A stretch of DNA of 34,969 bases from a virus. Its lineage: Duplodnaviria; Caudoviricetes. The notes under the pieces are model-generated. The model saw nothing but the letters and a program-made list of their open reading frames with translations. It was not told the DNA's origin and ran no database searches. The translations under genes were made by a program, and so were the position numbers. This document shows positions 8,052 to 17,182 of this stretch, one piece after another. Numbering within the stretch: the stretch's first letter is position 1; each line of letters opens with the position of its first letter. The stretch spans positions 1 to 34,969 of the IMG/VR virus record IMGVR_UViG_3300043184_000187. One strand, 5' to 3'.

Positions 8052-9739
8052 ACCTGCGTCCCTACCAATCCGAAGCCGTCGCCGCGGTGTACGAGCACCT
8101 GCGGACCCGCGACGACAATCCCTGCGTGGTCATCCCGACCGGCGGGGGCAAGACGCCCGTGATCGCCACGATCTGCCGTGACGCGGTCGGGCCGTGGAAC
8201 GGGCGGGTCGTCATCCTCGCCCACGTCAAGGAACTCCTCGAGCAGGCCGCGGACAAGCTCCGGCACATCGCGCCGGACGTGCCGGTGGGCATCTACTCGG
8301 CGGGGCTGAAGCGCAAGGACCTCGGGTACGCCGTCACTATCGCGGGCATCCAGTCCATCTACCAGCGGGCGTGCGACCTGGGGCCGGTGGACCTGCTCAT
8401 CGTGGATGAGGCGCACCTGATCCCGCCCGACGGCGAGGGGATGTACCGCCAGTTCATCGCCGACGCCAAGGTCGTGAACCCGCTGGCGCGCGTCATTGGG
8501 CTGACGGCGACGCCGTTCCGCATGAAGTCCGGCCCGATCTGCGAGCCCGGCAACATCCTCAACCACGTCTGTTTCGAGGTCGGTGTCCGCGAACTGATCG
8601 TGCAGGGCTTCCTCTCGCCGTTGAGGACCAAGGCGGGGCTCCAGAAGGTCAGCACCGACGACCTGCACGTTCGCGCCGGCGAGTTCGTCGCCAGCGAGGT
8701 CGAAGACCTCATGGACAAGGACGGGCTGGTCGAGGGCGCCTGCGCCGAGATCGTCGAGCACACCAAAGACCGAAATGCCACACTGATCTTCTCGTCGGGC
8801 ATCCGGCACGGGCAACACATCGTGGAGGTGCTCAAGTCCAAGCACGGTGTCGAGTGCGGGTTCGTGTCCGGCGATACGCCGGCGGGCGTGCGTAGCGGCA
8901 TCCTCGACCGGTTCCGCTCGGGCGATCTCAAGTACCTCTGCAACGTCAACGTGCTGACGACCGGCTTCGACGCGCCGCACATCGACTGCGTGGCGCTGGT
9001 GCGGCCGACCATGTCGCCCGGGCTGTACTACCAGATGGTGGGCCGGGGCTTCCGCCTGCATCCTGGCAAGGCCGACTGCCTCGTGCTGGACTTTGGCGGC
9101 AACGTCCTCCGGCACGGGCCGGTGGATGCCATCCGCGTCACCACGGACGATCGTGGCGAGGGCGAGGCCCCGGCAAAGGAATGCCCGCAGTGCCACGCGC
9201 TCATCGCGGCGGGCTACCAGACCTGCCCGCAGTGCGGGCATCAGTTCCCCGAGCCCAACAAGCAGAAGCACGAAGCGCAGGCCAGCACCGAGGGCATCCT
9301 CAGCGGCCAGACCACGCGCGAGGAGCACAACGTCAGCGAGACGACGTACCACGTCCATATGAAGCGGAACGACCCGGCCGCACCGCTCACGATGCGCGTC
9401 GAGTACCGGGTCGGCTTCAACCACTACTTCCGCGAGTGGGTCTGCTTCGACCACACCGGGTACGCCCGCACCAAGGCCGAGGCGTGGTGGCGGGCGCGCT
9501 CGGTCGAGCCCGTCCCCGGCGGCACCGAGGAGGCGGTCGAACTCGCGCGGGCCGGGGCGCTCGCCCCGGCGCTGCACATCACGGTTGAGAAGAAGGCTGG
9601 CGAGCAGTTCGAGAGGGTGGTCGCGCACCGGCTGGGGAACAAGCCACCGCGGCTCGAGGGCGATGAAGGCCTCCCCGAGCGACTGCCCGAGCCGGTCGGC
9701 ACCACGTACGGCATCCCCGACGACGAAATCCCCTTCTGA
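8048..9739 (+). CDS. SF2 DEAH-box helicase (RadD/YejH-like) with zinc ribbon
   Basis: LRPYQ, PTGGGKT, DEAH, GLTATP, LTTGFDAP, QMVGRGFR, CPQC...CPQC; ends DDEIPF. Confidence 0.93.
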   Translation: MNLRPYQSEAVAAVYEHLRTRDDNPCVVIPTGGGKTPVIATICRDAVGPWNGRVVILAHVKELLEQAADKLRHIAPDVPVGIYSAGLKRKDLGYAVTIAGIQSIYQRACDLGPVDLLIVDEAHLIPPDGEGMYRQFIADAKVVNPLARVIGLTATPFRMKSGPICEPGNILNHVCFEVGVRELIVQGFLSPLRTKAGLQKVSTDDLHVRAGEFVASEVEDLMDKDGLVEGACAEIVEHTKDRNATLIFSSGIRHGQHIVEVLKSKHGVECGFVSGDTPAGVRSGILDRFRSGDLKYLCNVNVLTTGFDAPHIDCVALVRPTMSPGLYYQMVGRGFRLHPGKADCLVLDFGGNVLRHGPVDAIRVTTDDRGEGEAPAKECPQCHALIAAGYQTCPQCGHQFPEPNKQKHEAQASTEGILSGQTTREEHNVSETTYHVHMKRNDPAAPLTMRVEYRVGFNHYFREWVCFDHTGYARTKAEAWWRARSVEPVPGGTEEAVELARAGALAPALHITVEKKAGEQFERVVAHRLGNKPPRLEGDEGLPERLPEPVGTTYGIPDDEIPF

Positions 9740-9752
9740 ACAGGAGCACACG

Positions 9753-10145
9753 ATGATCACGATCACCATCGAAGAGACGGACAAGGACGGCCGCGTGCTC
9801 GGACGACATGTGGCCTCGGCTCCCATCGACAAGACCGACGCCAAGGGCGTCGGGTCGCTGCCGGCCCGCAGCGTCGGCGGCCTGATGTATCACGGCCAGA
9901 CGCGGGCCGAGGTGCCGCTGCTGCTCGCGGCGGCCGGGACGCACCGGTCCAGCCGCTGCACCCAAGCGATCGCGCACGCCCTCGGGCTGGCCGGGAGCGA
10001 GCACAGCTTCGAGTACGCGGTGAAGCCCGTTGTGGACATCGACCGCCTGCTCGATTACCGCGCGAGCAAGAAGGACCGCGAGCACGCTGCGCAGATGCTC
10101 AAGATCATGGGCGCCGGCGTCAAGCCGCGCGAGGGCGACGAGTAA
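9753..10145 (+). CDS. Hypothetical protein
   Basis: CAGGAG RBS before ATG 9753; GC3-rich. Confidence 0.65.
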   Translation: MITITIEETDKDGRVLGRHVASAPIDKTDAKGVGSLPARSVGGLMYHGQTRAEVPLLLAAAGTHRSSRCTQAIAHALGLAGSEHSFEYAVKPVVDIDRLLDYRASKKDREHAAQMLKIMGAGVKPREGDE

Positions 10146-10148
10146 ACG

Positions 10149-12326
10149 ATGAGCGACGGCCTAACCAACCTGCTCGACGCGGCGCGGTGGTACCGCGCTC
10201 GCGGCTACGCGCCGATCCCTGTGCCCGCGGGCTCGAAGGTGCCCGTGCTCAAGGGCTGGACGGACCTGCGCCTCGCGGAGGCCGACCTCCCGCAGTACTT
10301 CAACGGCACGGGAAACGTCGGCGTGCTGCTGGGCGAGCCGAGCGGCTGGCTCGTGGACGTGGACCTCGACTGCGAGGAAGCGGTGGCGCTCGCGCCGACG
10401 TTCCTGCCGCCGACGGGCGCGAAATCCGGTCGGCCCGGCAAGCCATCGTCGCACTGGTGGTACATCTGCCAGGGCGCGAAGACCCGCAAGCACCAGGACC
10501 CGGCATCCAAGAAGATGATCGTCGAGCTCCGAAGCACCGGGTCGCAGACGGTCGTCGGCCCGAGTGTTCATCCCAGCGGCGAGCCGTACGACCCGCTTGA
10601 GGGCGAACCGGCTGTCATGGATGTTGAGGCGCTCGGTGCAGCGGTCGCTGCGCTGGCGGAAGCGGTTGTCGAACGTCGGCACGGGCGCAAAGAAGCGATC
10701 GATTCTCAGCCGCGCCCGCTAGGAAGCGATCGTTTCATAGCAGCGGACGCCGTCCTGCGCCGGGCCGAGGCGTACCTTGACCGCATCCCGCCCGCGATCT
10801 CCGGGTCGGGCGGGCACGGCCAGACGTATGCGGCCGCGACCGCGATGGTGCACGGGTTCGGGCTCGACGCGGAGACGGCGTTCGCGCTGCTGTCGGACAG
10901 GTACAACCCGCGCTGCCAGCCGCCGTGGTCGGAGAAGGAGCTGCGGCACAAGGTCAGCGACGCGGCGAGCAAGCCGCACGACCGACCACATGGGTGGTTG
11001 CGCGACGCCCAGAAGCCGGAGGACCAGGGCGGCGTGGACCTCTCCGGGTTCGATCCCGAGCGCCGGCGCTTCACCGGCGAGTGTCCCCGCTTCGAGCGCC
11101 CGGCCGATCCGGGGCCGTTCCCCGATCACCTGCTCCGCGTGCCGGGCTTCATCGAGCAGGTGGTCGCGCACAACTTGGCGACGGCCACGCGGCCGCAGCC
11201 CGTGCTGGCGCTCGCGGCCGCGATCTGCCTCCAGGCCGTGCTCGCGGCCCGCAAGGTCCGCGACGAACGCGGCAACCGTACCAACGTCTACAGCGTCGGC
11301 GTGGCGCCCTCCGGCGCGGGCAAGGACAACGCCCGCAAGGTCAACAAGAACATCCTCTTCGCCGCGGACCTGGTCGAGCACGAGGGGAACGAGGACCTCG
11401 CGTCGGACGCCGGGCTGATCACCGCAGTCGAAAGCGAGCCGGCGATCCTGTTCCAGATCGACGAGTTCGGGCGCTTCCTTCGCACCATCGGCGACCCCAA
11501 GAAGGCCCCGCACCTGTTCAACGTGCTGACGGCGCTGATGAAGCTCTACAGCAGCGCCGACACGGTCTTCCGGGGCAAGGCCTACGCGGACAAGAAGCGG
11601 AACAAGGTGGTTGATCAACCGTGCGTGAGCGTCTATGGCACGACCGTCCCCGAGCACTTCTTCGAGTCGCTCACCGCCGACAGCCTGAGCGACGGGTTCA
11701 TCGCCCGCCTGCTCGTGTTCGAGTCGGCCGAGACGCCGGCGCGGCAGCGCGCCAAGGCAACGGGCGTTCCCGAACCCCTGAAGCAGGCCGCCGAGTGGTG
11801 GGGAGCGTTCAAGCCCGGCGGCAACCTTGCCCCCGAGCACCCCCAGCCGATCGTGGTCGAGACCACGCCGCAGGCGGGCGAGGTGTTCGATGCGCTCGCC
11901 TCAACGGTGGATGTCGAACTGGGCAAGCCCGATGAGACGGGGCGGTCGCTGTGGGCTCGCGCGGAGGAGAAGGCGTGCCGCCTGGCGCTGATTTACGCCT
12001 GCTCCGCGAACGCCGAGAAGCCCGTGATCGATGCCGACGCCGCCAGCTGGGCGTGCGACCTGTCGACCTATCTCACGCGGCGGATGCTCTACATCGCCCA
12101 CGAATGGGTCGCCGATGGCGTCTTCGACGCTCGGCAGAAGCGCGTCGTGCGGGTGGTGCGCAAGGCGGGTGGAAAGATCTCCCGAAGTGAACTCTGCCGC
12201 AAGACGCAGTGGCTGACCCAGCGGGAGCGGCAGGAAGTCATCGACAACCTCCTGGAAACACAGCAGTTGCGGCAGGAAGAGGAATCCTCCTCGACGCGGC
12301 CGAAGGTGGTCTACGCCCTTGCCTGA
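10149..12326 (+). CDS. Bifunctional primase-polymerase fused to DUF3987-type NTPase/helicase domain
   Basis: N-terminal Prim-Pol (NVGVLLG, VDVDLD, HWWY, QTVVGPSVH); C-terminal APSGAGKD Walker A and FQIDEFG Walker B. Confidence 0.88.
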   Translation: MSDGLTNLLDAARWYRARGYAPIPVPAGSKVPVLKGWTDLRLAEADLPQYFNGTGNVGVLLGEPSGWLVDVDLDCEEAVALAPTFLPPTGAKSGRPGKPSSHWWYICQGAKTRKHQDPASKKMIVELRSTGSQTVVGPSVHPSGEPYDPLEGEPAVMDVEALGAAVAALAEAVVERRHGRKEAIDSQPRPLGSDRFIAADAVLRRAEAYLDRIPPAISGSGGHGQTYAAATAMVHGFGLDAETAFALLSDRYNPRCQPPWSEKELRHKVSDAASKPHDRPHGWLRDAQKPEDQGGVDLSGFDPERRRFTGECPRFERPADPGPFPDHLLRVPGFIEQVVAHNLATATRPQPVLALAAAICLQAVLAARKVRDERGNRTNVYSVGVAPSGAGKDNARKVNKNILFAADLVEHEGNEDLASDAGLITAVESEPAILFQIDEFGRFLRTIGDPKKAPHLFNVLTALMKLYSSADTVFRGKAYADKKRNKVVDQPCVSVYGTTVPEHFFESLTADSLSDGFIARLLVFESAETPARQRAKATGVPEPLKQAAEWWGAFKPGGNLAPEHPQPIVVETTPQAGEVFDALASTVDVELGKPDETGRSLWARAEEKACRLALIYACSANAEKPVIDADAASWACDLSTYLTRRMLYIAHEWVADGVFDARQKRVVRVVRKAGGKISRSELCRKTQWLTQRERQEVIDNLLETQQLRQEEESSSTRPKVVYALA

Positions 12327-12329
12327 ACC

Positions 12330-12431
12330 AGATCTTTCAATCTTTCACCTACTCACCGCGCGCGTACGCGATACGCGCACGCGTGGGCACGCGCCCGGGC
12401 GGAAGGGAGGTATTGAAAGATTGAAAGATCT
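12330..12431. repeat. Perfect 18-bp inverted repeat, putative replication origin
   Basis: AGATCTTTCAATCTTTCA (12330-12347) and TGAAAGATTGAAAGATCT (12414-12431); each arm holds two ATCTTTCA units; directly after primase stop. Confidence 0.75.
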
Positions 12432-12571
12432 CTCTTTTCCATCATGTACTTCTCTCCTCCCGCCCCACCGCGCCCATGCAGGTCGCGTGCCAGGGCGAGC
12501 CTACCACGATCCCAACAGCCGGAAGCCTAACGGCGAGGGGGAGGGGGTCGGTAGACGCTTCGTCGCGCGCG

Positions 12572-12591
12572 ATCGACAACACATTGTCGAT
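12572..12591. repeat. Subterminal hairpin of the insertion element
   Basis: ATCGACAA-caca-TTGTCGAT, between the ORF stop (12595) and the TAG junction. Confidence 0.7.
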
Positions 12592-12594
12592 GCG

Positions 12595-14244
12595 TCAGGC
12601 CGCCAACCGGAGGAGTTTGAACAGATGCTGCATCTGACGCTGCACGGCCTGGTACTGCAGGTCGATCTCCGCGGTCGCGCCGACCTTGGGGCCGGACTTG
12701 CACCGCCCCTTGTACGTCAGGAGTGGCTTGAGTACCTTCTCGCGCAGCACGGTGTACCCCGCCATGAGGCGCAGGCCCTCGGGCGTGACCTCGTAGCGGT
12801 GCGAGCGATCGCCGGCCTTGCGCACCAGGCCCTTGGCCCGGAACTTCTTGAGGTCGTAGGAAGCGTGGCGCGGCGCGTAGTCGCCGGCCTCCTTCCATGT
12901 CTCGCGCAGCTTTGTGGCGAGGTCGGACGCGGTGAAGCCGCGCGGCATGAGCGCGAGCGAGACAACGCCGGCGATCACGGCGCGCACGCGGGCCTTGTTG
13001 AGGTCGATCCCGCCGACGCGCGTCTTGCCGACCACGCCCGGCGTGGGAAGCTCCTCGATGGACTTGTCGCTGATCCACGCCACGTCCACGCAACGCAGTG
13101 CTTCGAGGAAGCGGCCCAGGAGCTCCGAGAGCTTCCCGACCACCTCGGGGAACTTCTCCAGCAGTCGGCCGCACTTGAGGTCGGCCACGTTGTGGGCGAT
13201 CGCCTCGGTCCGCAACACGCACTCGCCTTTGGTGTAGATCTTCAGGGTCAGGCGCCCAAAGTGGACCTTGAAGATCGTCAGGTCGTACACAGGCATCTCG
13301 AGCACGGTCTCTTCGCGGGGCGGTTCACCGCTCGGTCGTGCGCGTCGACGGTGCTTGACCCCGAAGATGGTCATCACTCGCCGGATGTCCAGGAACGACC
13401 GTGTCCGATCAATCACCCCGTTGAACACCTGCTCCATGTGGTGTCCGTTGTGGAACAGCAGGTTGCGGCTGTACTCGACCTGGAAGACCGAGTAGCGGTA
13501 ACGGAAGCCGGTTCGCTTCTGATCCTCGAAGGGCAGCCCGAAGCAGACGCACCGGTAGATCCACCGCTCGCAGACCTGCTCGAGTCGCCCTACAGCGGCC
13601 GGCGACCGCAAGGCGTCCGCGACCCGGGCCAGGGCTTCTGCGTCGGCGACCTCCGTGAAGCAGTTGCCCTCCTTGGCGAACGCGATGCCCTTCTTCCGTG
13701 CCTGGCACGCGGTGAACTCGTGGCCGTTGAGCATGACCTGCGCCGAGAACGGCGCATGCCCGCTCATCTTGATGGTGACGTGACCCCACTCGGGGTCGAT
13801 GATGTGGAACGAGTAGTGGTACACGAAGGGCATGGGCTGCTTGCGCTTCAGGTGCAGCCCGCCGTTGGGGAACCGCAGCACCTGCCACACGGGCGTGGGA
13901 ACGCGATTGACCATCACGGCGAAGATGCCGGTGAAGCTCGGATCGGCGGGCGTGTGCTGCTCGGCGATCTGGTGCTTGCGGTCGCCGACCTTGCAGTAGA
14001 TCACCGGGATGTTGTGCTTCTTGGCCCAGCCACGGACGCGACGGGCGAAGCGACCGGCGACGCGCATCAAATGGGTGTCGTCAAGGTTGGCATCACCGCC
14101 CTGCCACTCACGCCAGAAGGTGCGGAAGCCGCCGGGCGAGCCGCCCAGCGCGAAGAAGGCGTTGATGACGATCCGGTCCACGACGTCGTAAGTGTTGTCC
14201 AGCAGCGGCGCGTAGTACGCCGTGAACGGATCGGGGGTGTTCAT
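12595..14244 (-). CDS. Putative transposase/relaxase with Rep_trans-like motifs and C-terminal MarR-like winged helix (549 aa)
   Basis: GGAG RBS before ATG 14244; motifs VVDRIVIN, QVEYSRN, LKIYTKG, LRTE; C-terminal YDLKKFRAKGLVRK...RYEVTPEG wHTH. Confidence 0.65.
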   Translation of the reverse strand: MNTPDPFTAYYAPLLDNTYDVVDRIVINAFFALGGSPGGFRTFWREWQGGDANLDDTHLMRVAGRFARRVRGWAKKHNIPVIYCKVGDRKHQIAEQHTPADPSFTGIFAVMVNRVPTPVWQVLRFPNGGLHLKRKQPMPFVYHYSFHIIDPEWGHVTIKMSGHAPFSAQVMLNGHEFTACQARKKGIAFAKEGNCFTEVADAEALARVADALRSPAAVGRLEQVCERWIYRCVCFGLPFEDQKRTGFRYRYSVFQVEYSRNLLFHNGHHMEQVFNGVIDRTRSFLDIRRVMTIFGVKHRRRARPSGEPPREETVLEMPVYDLTIFKVHFGRLTLKIYTKGECVLRTEAIAHNVADLKCGRLLEKFPEVVGKLSELLGRFLEALRCVDVAWISDKSIEELPTPGVVGKTRVGGIDLNKARVRAVIAGVVSLALMPRGFTASDLATKLRETWKEAGDYAPRHASYDLKKFRAKGLVRKAGDRSHRYEVTPEGLRLMAGYTVLREKVLKPLLTYKGRCKSGPKVGATAEIDLQYQAVQRQMQHLFKLLRLAA

Positions 14245-14340
14245 GGGCGACTCCATATAGAGGATGGAGCGCGATCGTATCGGACCTCCGAACTGCGGCG
14301 CAGCCGCCACATCTGCCGGGCGCAGTCCAGGCCGATGGCT

Positions 14341-14390
14341 AGGTACTTCCCCGCCCGCGTGGCGTTGCTACGCCCGCGGGAACAACCGCG
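14341..14390 (+). other. Putative cos-like packaging site
   Basis: AGGTACT-TCCCC...TACG-CCCGCGGGAACAAC-CGCG parallels lambda cosQ (GGGTCCT)...TTACG-cohesive end-CGCG; phage has GpA-type terminase and lambda portal. Confidence 0.4.
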
Positions 14391-14675
14391 CTTGGCGACA
14401 GAGTTTGTTTCGCGCGTCCGGGGGGCGGGAGACCCCGGTGGCGGGGTCGGTACGCCGCCCCGCCAGGAACGCGACGTGGGCCAACGTGGGCGAACCCGTG
14501 GCCAACGGGCGCGGCCGGTAACGGGCAGGAATCGGGGCGCTTCGCCGCCCCCGGACGGGCCCGTCAGCCCGAGCGATCCATCGAGCCAGCGATCCACGGA
14601 CCCGCCGCGCCGCGGCGGGCCAACCACGCCTCACGCGCGGCGCGCTGTCATGCCGCGTCAACGACGGAGATCGCC

Positions 14676-16052
14676 GTGAACATCGAGATGCTTCCCATCG
14701 ACGCGGTCAAGGAATACGACCGCAATCCTCGCACCATCAACGACACCGCGATCGACGCGGTTGCCAGGTCGATCCAGGCCTTCGGCTTCAAGATCCCGAT
14801 TCTCATCGACGGCGACGGCATCATCATCGCCGGCCATACCCGACTCCGTGCGGCGCGGAAGCTCGGGCTGAAGGAAGTGCCGACGATCCGTGCGTCGGAC
14901 CTGACGCCCGACCAGGTCAAGGCACTCCGCATCGCCGACAACAAGGTCGCGTCGCTCACGGCGTGGGACATGGAGCTCCTGCCCATCGAGCTCGCCGATC
15001 TCAAGGGTGCGGATTTCGATCTCGCGCTGCTCGGCTTCAGCGCCGAGGACCTCGCGGCGATCATGGCTCCCGCAGGCAACGATGGCCTCACGGACCCCGA
15101 CGACGTGCCCGCGCCGCCGGACGCCGCGACCACCCTGCCCGGCGACATCTGGGTGCTCGGCAACCACCGGCTGATGTGCGGCGACTCGTCGAAGCCCGCA
15201 GACCTGGACCGCCTGCTCGATGGCCAGCCGATCCACCTCGTGAACACCGACCCGCCATACAACGTCAAGGTCGAGCCGCGCTCGAACAACGCGATCGTCG
15301 CCGGCCTGAGCTCATTCGCCCTCCCGGGCAAGGCCGACCAGCATGACCAACAGAGCGCCGACCTCAACCGCTACCCGGAGAAGAGCCGCGCCACGCACAA
15401 GAAGCTCCGCGCGAAGGACCGGCCGCTGGCGAACGACTTCGTGTCGGACGACGAGTTCGACCGGCTGCTCGCGGCGTGGTTCGGGAACATTACCCGCGTG
15501 CTGATCCCCGGCGGCACGTTCTACATCTGGGGCGGCTACGCCAACTGCGGAAACTACCCGCCCGTGCTCAAGCGCTGCGAACTCTACTTCGCGCAGGCGA
15601 TCATCTGGATCAAGGAGCACCCCGTCCTGACGCGCAAGGACTTCATGGGCAACCACGAGTGGTGCTTCTACGGGTGGAAGGAAGGCGCAGCGCACCGCTT
15701 CTTCGGTCCCGCCAACGTTCCGGACACGTGGTCGATCAAGAAGGTGAACCCGCAAAGCATGGTCCACCTCACCGAGAAGCCCGTCGAACTGGCGCGGCGG
15801 GCGATCGAGTTCTCGTCACGGCCCGGGGAGAACGTGCTCGACCTCTTTGGCGGGAGCGGCTCGACGCTGATCGGCGCAGAGATGACCGGACGCCGCGCGT
15901 TCCTCATGGAGCTCGATGCGCTCTACTGCGATGTCATCGTGCAGCGGTGGGAGAAGTTCACGGGCCGCAAGGCGGAACGTCTTCCCGCCAAGGGCACGGC
16001 CGAAGAGAAAGCCGCGACCCGGAAGAAGGTCGCGGCGGGGAGCGGCGCGTGA
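14676..16052 (+). CDS. ParB-N domain fused to N6/N4 DNA methyltransferase
   Basis: N-terminal YDRNPR...IIAGHTRLRAA...RIADNK (ParB); NTDPPYN catalytic motif; H.TEKPVEL; DLFGGSGST SAM motif (beta-class order). Confidence 0.92.
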   Translation: MNIEMLPIDAVKEYDRNPRTINDTAIDAVARSIQAFGFKIPILIDGDGIIIAGHTRLRAARKLGLKEVPTIRASDLTPDQVKALRIADNKVASLTAWDMELLPIELADLKGADFDLALLGFSAEDLAAIMAPAGNDGLTDPDDVPAPPDAATTLPGDIWVLGNHRLMCGDSSKPADLDRLLDGQPIHLVNTDPPYNVKVEPRSNNAIVAGLSSFALPGKADQHDQQSADLNRYPEKSRATHKKLRAKDRPLANDFVSDDEFDRLLAAWFGNITRVLIPGGTFYIWGGYANCGNYPPVLKRCELYFAQAIIWIKEHPVLTRKDFMGNHEWCFYGWKEGAAHRFFGPANVPDTWSIKKVNPQSMVHLTEKPVELARRAIEFSSRPGENVLDLFGGSGSTLIGAEMTGRRAFLMELDALYCDVIVQRWEKFTGRKAERLPAKGTAEEKAATRKKVAAGSGA

Positions 16053-16060
16053 TGGCCGCT

Positions 16061-16315
16061 TCAGTCGTCTTCGAGCGTGGGAAGCACCCCGTCGGTCGCC
16101 TCGTCCCATTCGAGGGTGTAGCGCTCGGCGATGTCCTCGAGCTCGTGCTCGGTGAGGTAGTCCGCCGTCTTGCGCTCTTGGCATGCTGCGACAGCCCGCG
16201 CGAGGTCCGTCCACTCCTCGATGGTGAGCACCTGGTCTTGGCGTGCGCCAAGCAGGTAGAGGGCGGCTTGAAGCACGGCCTCGAGTTGCGCTTCGCGGTG
16301 GGGCGTGGCGGCCAT
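16061..16315 (-). CDS. Hypothetical acidic protein
   Basis: 84-aa ORF, last gene of reverse cassette. Confidence 0.6.
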   Translation of the reverse strand: MAATPHREAQLEAVLQAALYLLGARQDQVLTIEEWTDLARAVAACQERKTADYLTEHELEDIAERYTLEWDEATDGVLPTLEDD

Positions 16316-16318
16316 GGG

Positions 16319-16777
16319 TCAGGCCCCCTTCCCCGCCACGAACACGCCGCGCTCGTGCTTCTTGAAGCGGGCGGCAGTCCCCTTGGCGGCGATCTCGCGG
16401 ATGATGGCGGCGTAGAGCGTGGCTTCCGGCGTCTTGCCGCCGGGGCTTTTCCAGAGACCCTTCGCCTCCATCCGGGCGATCATCTCCTTGGCCCGCATGG
16501 GCACCTCGGACGCGGCGAGCACCTGCGCTGCGGCATCGAGGGCGCTGACGCGCTTGGGCTTGGCTGCCTTCGCGGGCTTCGGGGGCTTGGCCTGCTTCGC
16601 GGTCTTCTCGCCCTTGCCCGTCACCGGGGTGGCGGGCTTCCCGTCCAAGCGGTCCTTGATCTCGGCGATCGCGGCCTTGCGAAGGCGATCCGTCTTGGCG
16701 GCTCCCTCGGCGCGGGCGGCGCTCTTGGACGTCTTGGGGGTGCGGGGCTTCGCGGCCTTCTTGGCCTTCGTACTCAT
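16319..16777 (-). CDS. Lys/Ala-rich protein with HARE-HTH-like winged helix
   Basis: GGAG RBS before ATG 16777; [10 protein letters not shown]...PMRAKEMI...[16 protein letters not shown]...RF...RGVF; histone-like N-terminus. Confidence 0.8.
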   Translation of the reverse strand: MSTKAKKAAKPRTPKTSKSAARAEGAAKTDRLRKAAIAEIKDRLDGKPATPVTGKGEKTAKQAKPPKPAKAAKPKRVSALDAAAQVLAASEVPMRAKEMIARMEAKGLWKSPGGKTPEATLYAAIIREIAAKGTAARFKKHERGVFVAGKGA

Positions 16778-16867
16778 GATCATCTCCAGAACGGTGGTGC
16801 GGAACACCGCCGCACGTTGCGGCGGGGAATCGCGTCCGGCGCGGTCTCCCGCGTCGTCGCGCGGGGT

Positions 16868-17122
16868 TCATTCGTCCTTGAGGAACTCCTCAACGTGCTC
16901 GGGGTCCATGTTCGCCATGAAGCCGACGAGGTTGACGAGGTCCTCGCGAACCTTGCCGAGGTTGCCGACCAACCCCCAGTTGGTCGGGGCGGCTACGTGC
17001 TCTTTGTCGTTGATGTCGAGGTGCATCTGCAGCACGTCGAGCAGGCGGGAAATGTCGTTCCGACGCGCCGCGTACATCTCGGCGGCGGTGGGTTCAGGCT
17101 TCGTGGTCTTGCGCTTCGTCAT
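16868..17122 (-). CDS. Hypothetical protein
   Basis: CAGGAG RBS; 84 aa, helical, NWGLVGNL motif. Confidence 0.7.
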   Translation of the reverse strand: MTKRKTTKPEPTAAEMYAARRNDISRLLDVLQMHLDINDKEHVAAPTNWGLVGNLGKVREDLVNLVGFMANMDPEHVEEFLKDE

Positions 17123-17157
17123 GGTCGTGCTCCTGTGGGTGGTACTCTGGTAAACAG

Positions 17158-17182
17158 TGAAGCCCGCGATTCGCGGGCTTCA
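17158..17182. repeat. Perfect 12-bp-arm palindrome (hairpin) overlapping a stop codon
   Basis: TGAAGCCCGCGA-T-TCGCGGGCTTCA. Confidence 0.7.

Larger units (their letters stand above)
12555..14342 (-). mobile_element. Putative IS-like insertion without terminal inverted repeats (TAG at both junctions)
   Basis: Single opposite-strand gene; TAG at 12552-12554 and 14340-14342; hairpin near the left junction. Confidence 0.65.

Noticed and set aside
7748-9844. 698-aa minus-strand ORF
   Set aside because: Antisense shadow of the helicase
12555-14342. Group II intron or classical DDE IS interpretation
   Set aside because: No YADD/RT motifs, no GTGCG 5' end or domain V recognised, no terminal inverted repeats or evident DDE triad
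12319-14679. 786-aa plus-strand ORF
   Set aside because: Antisense to the insertion-element gene and runs through the repeat and cos-like non-coding DNA; no recognisable domain
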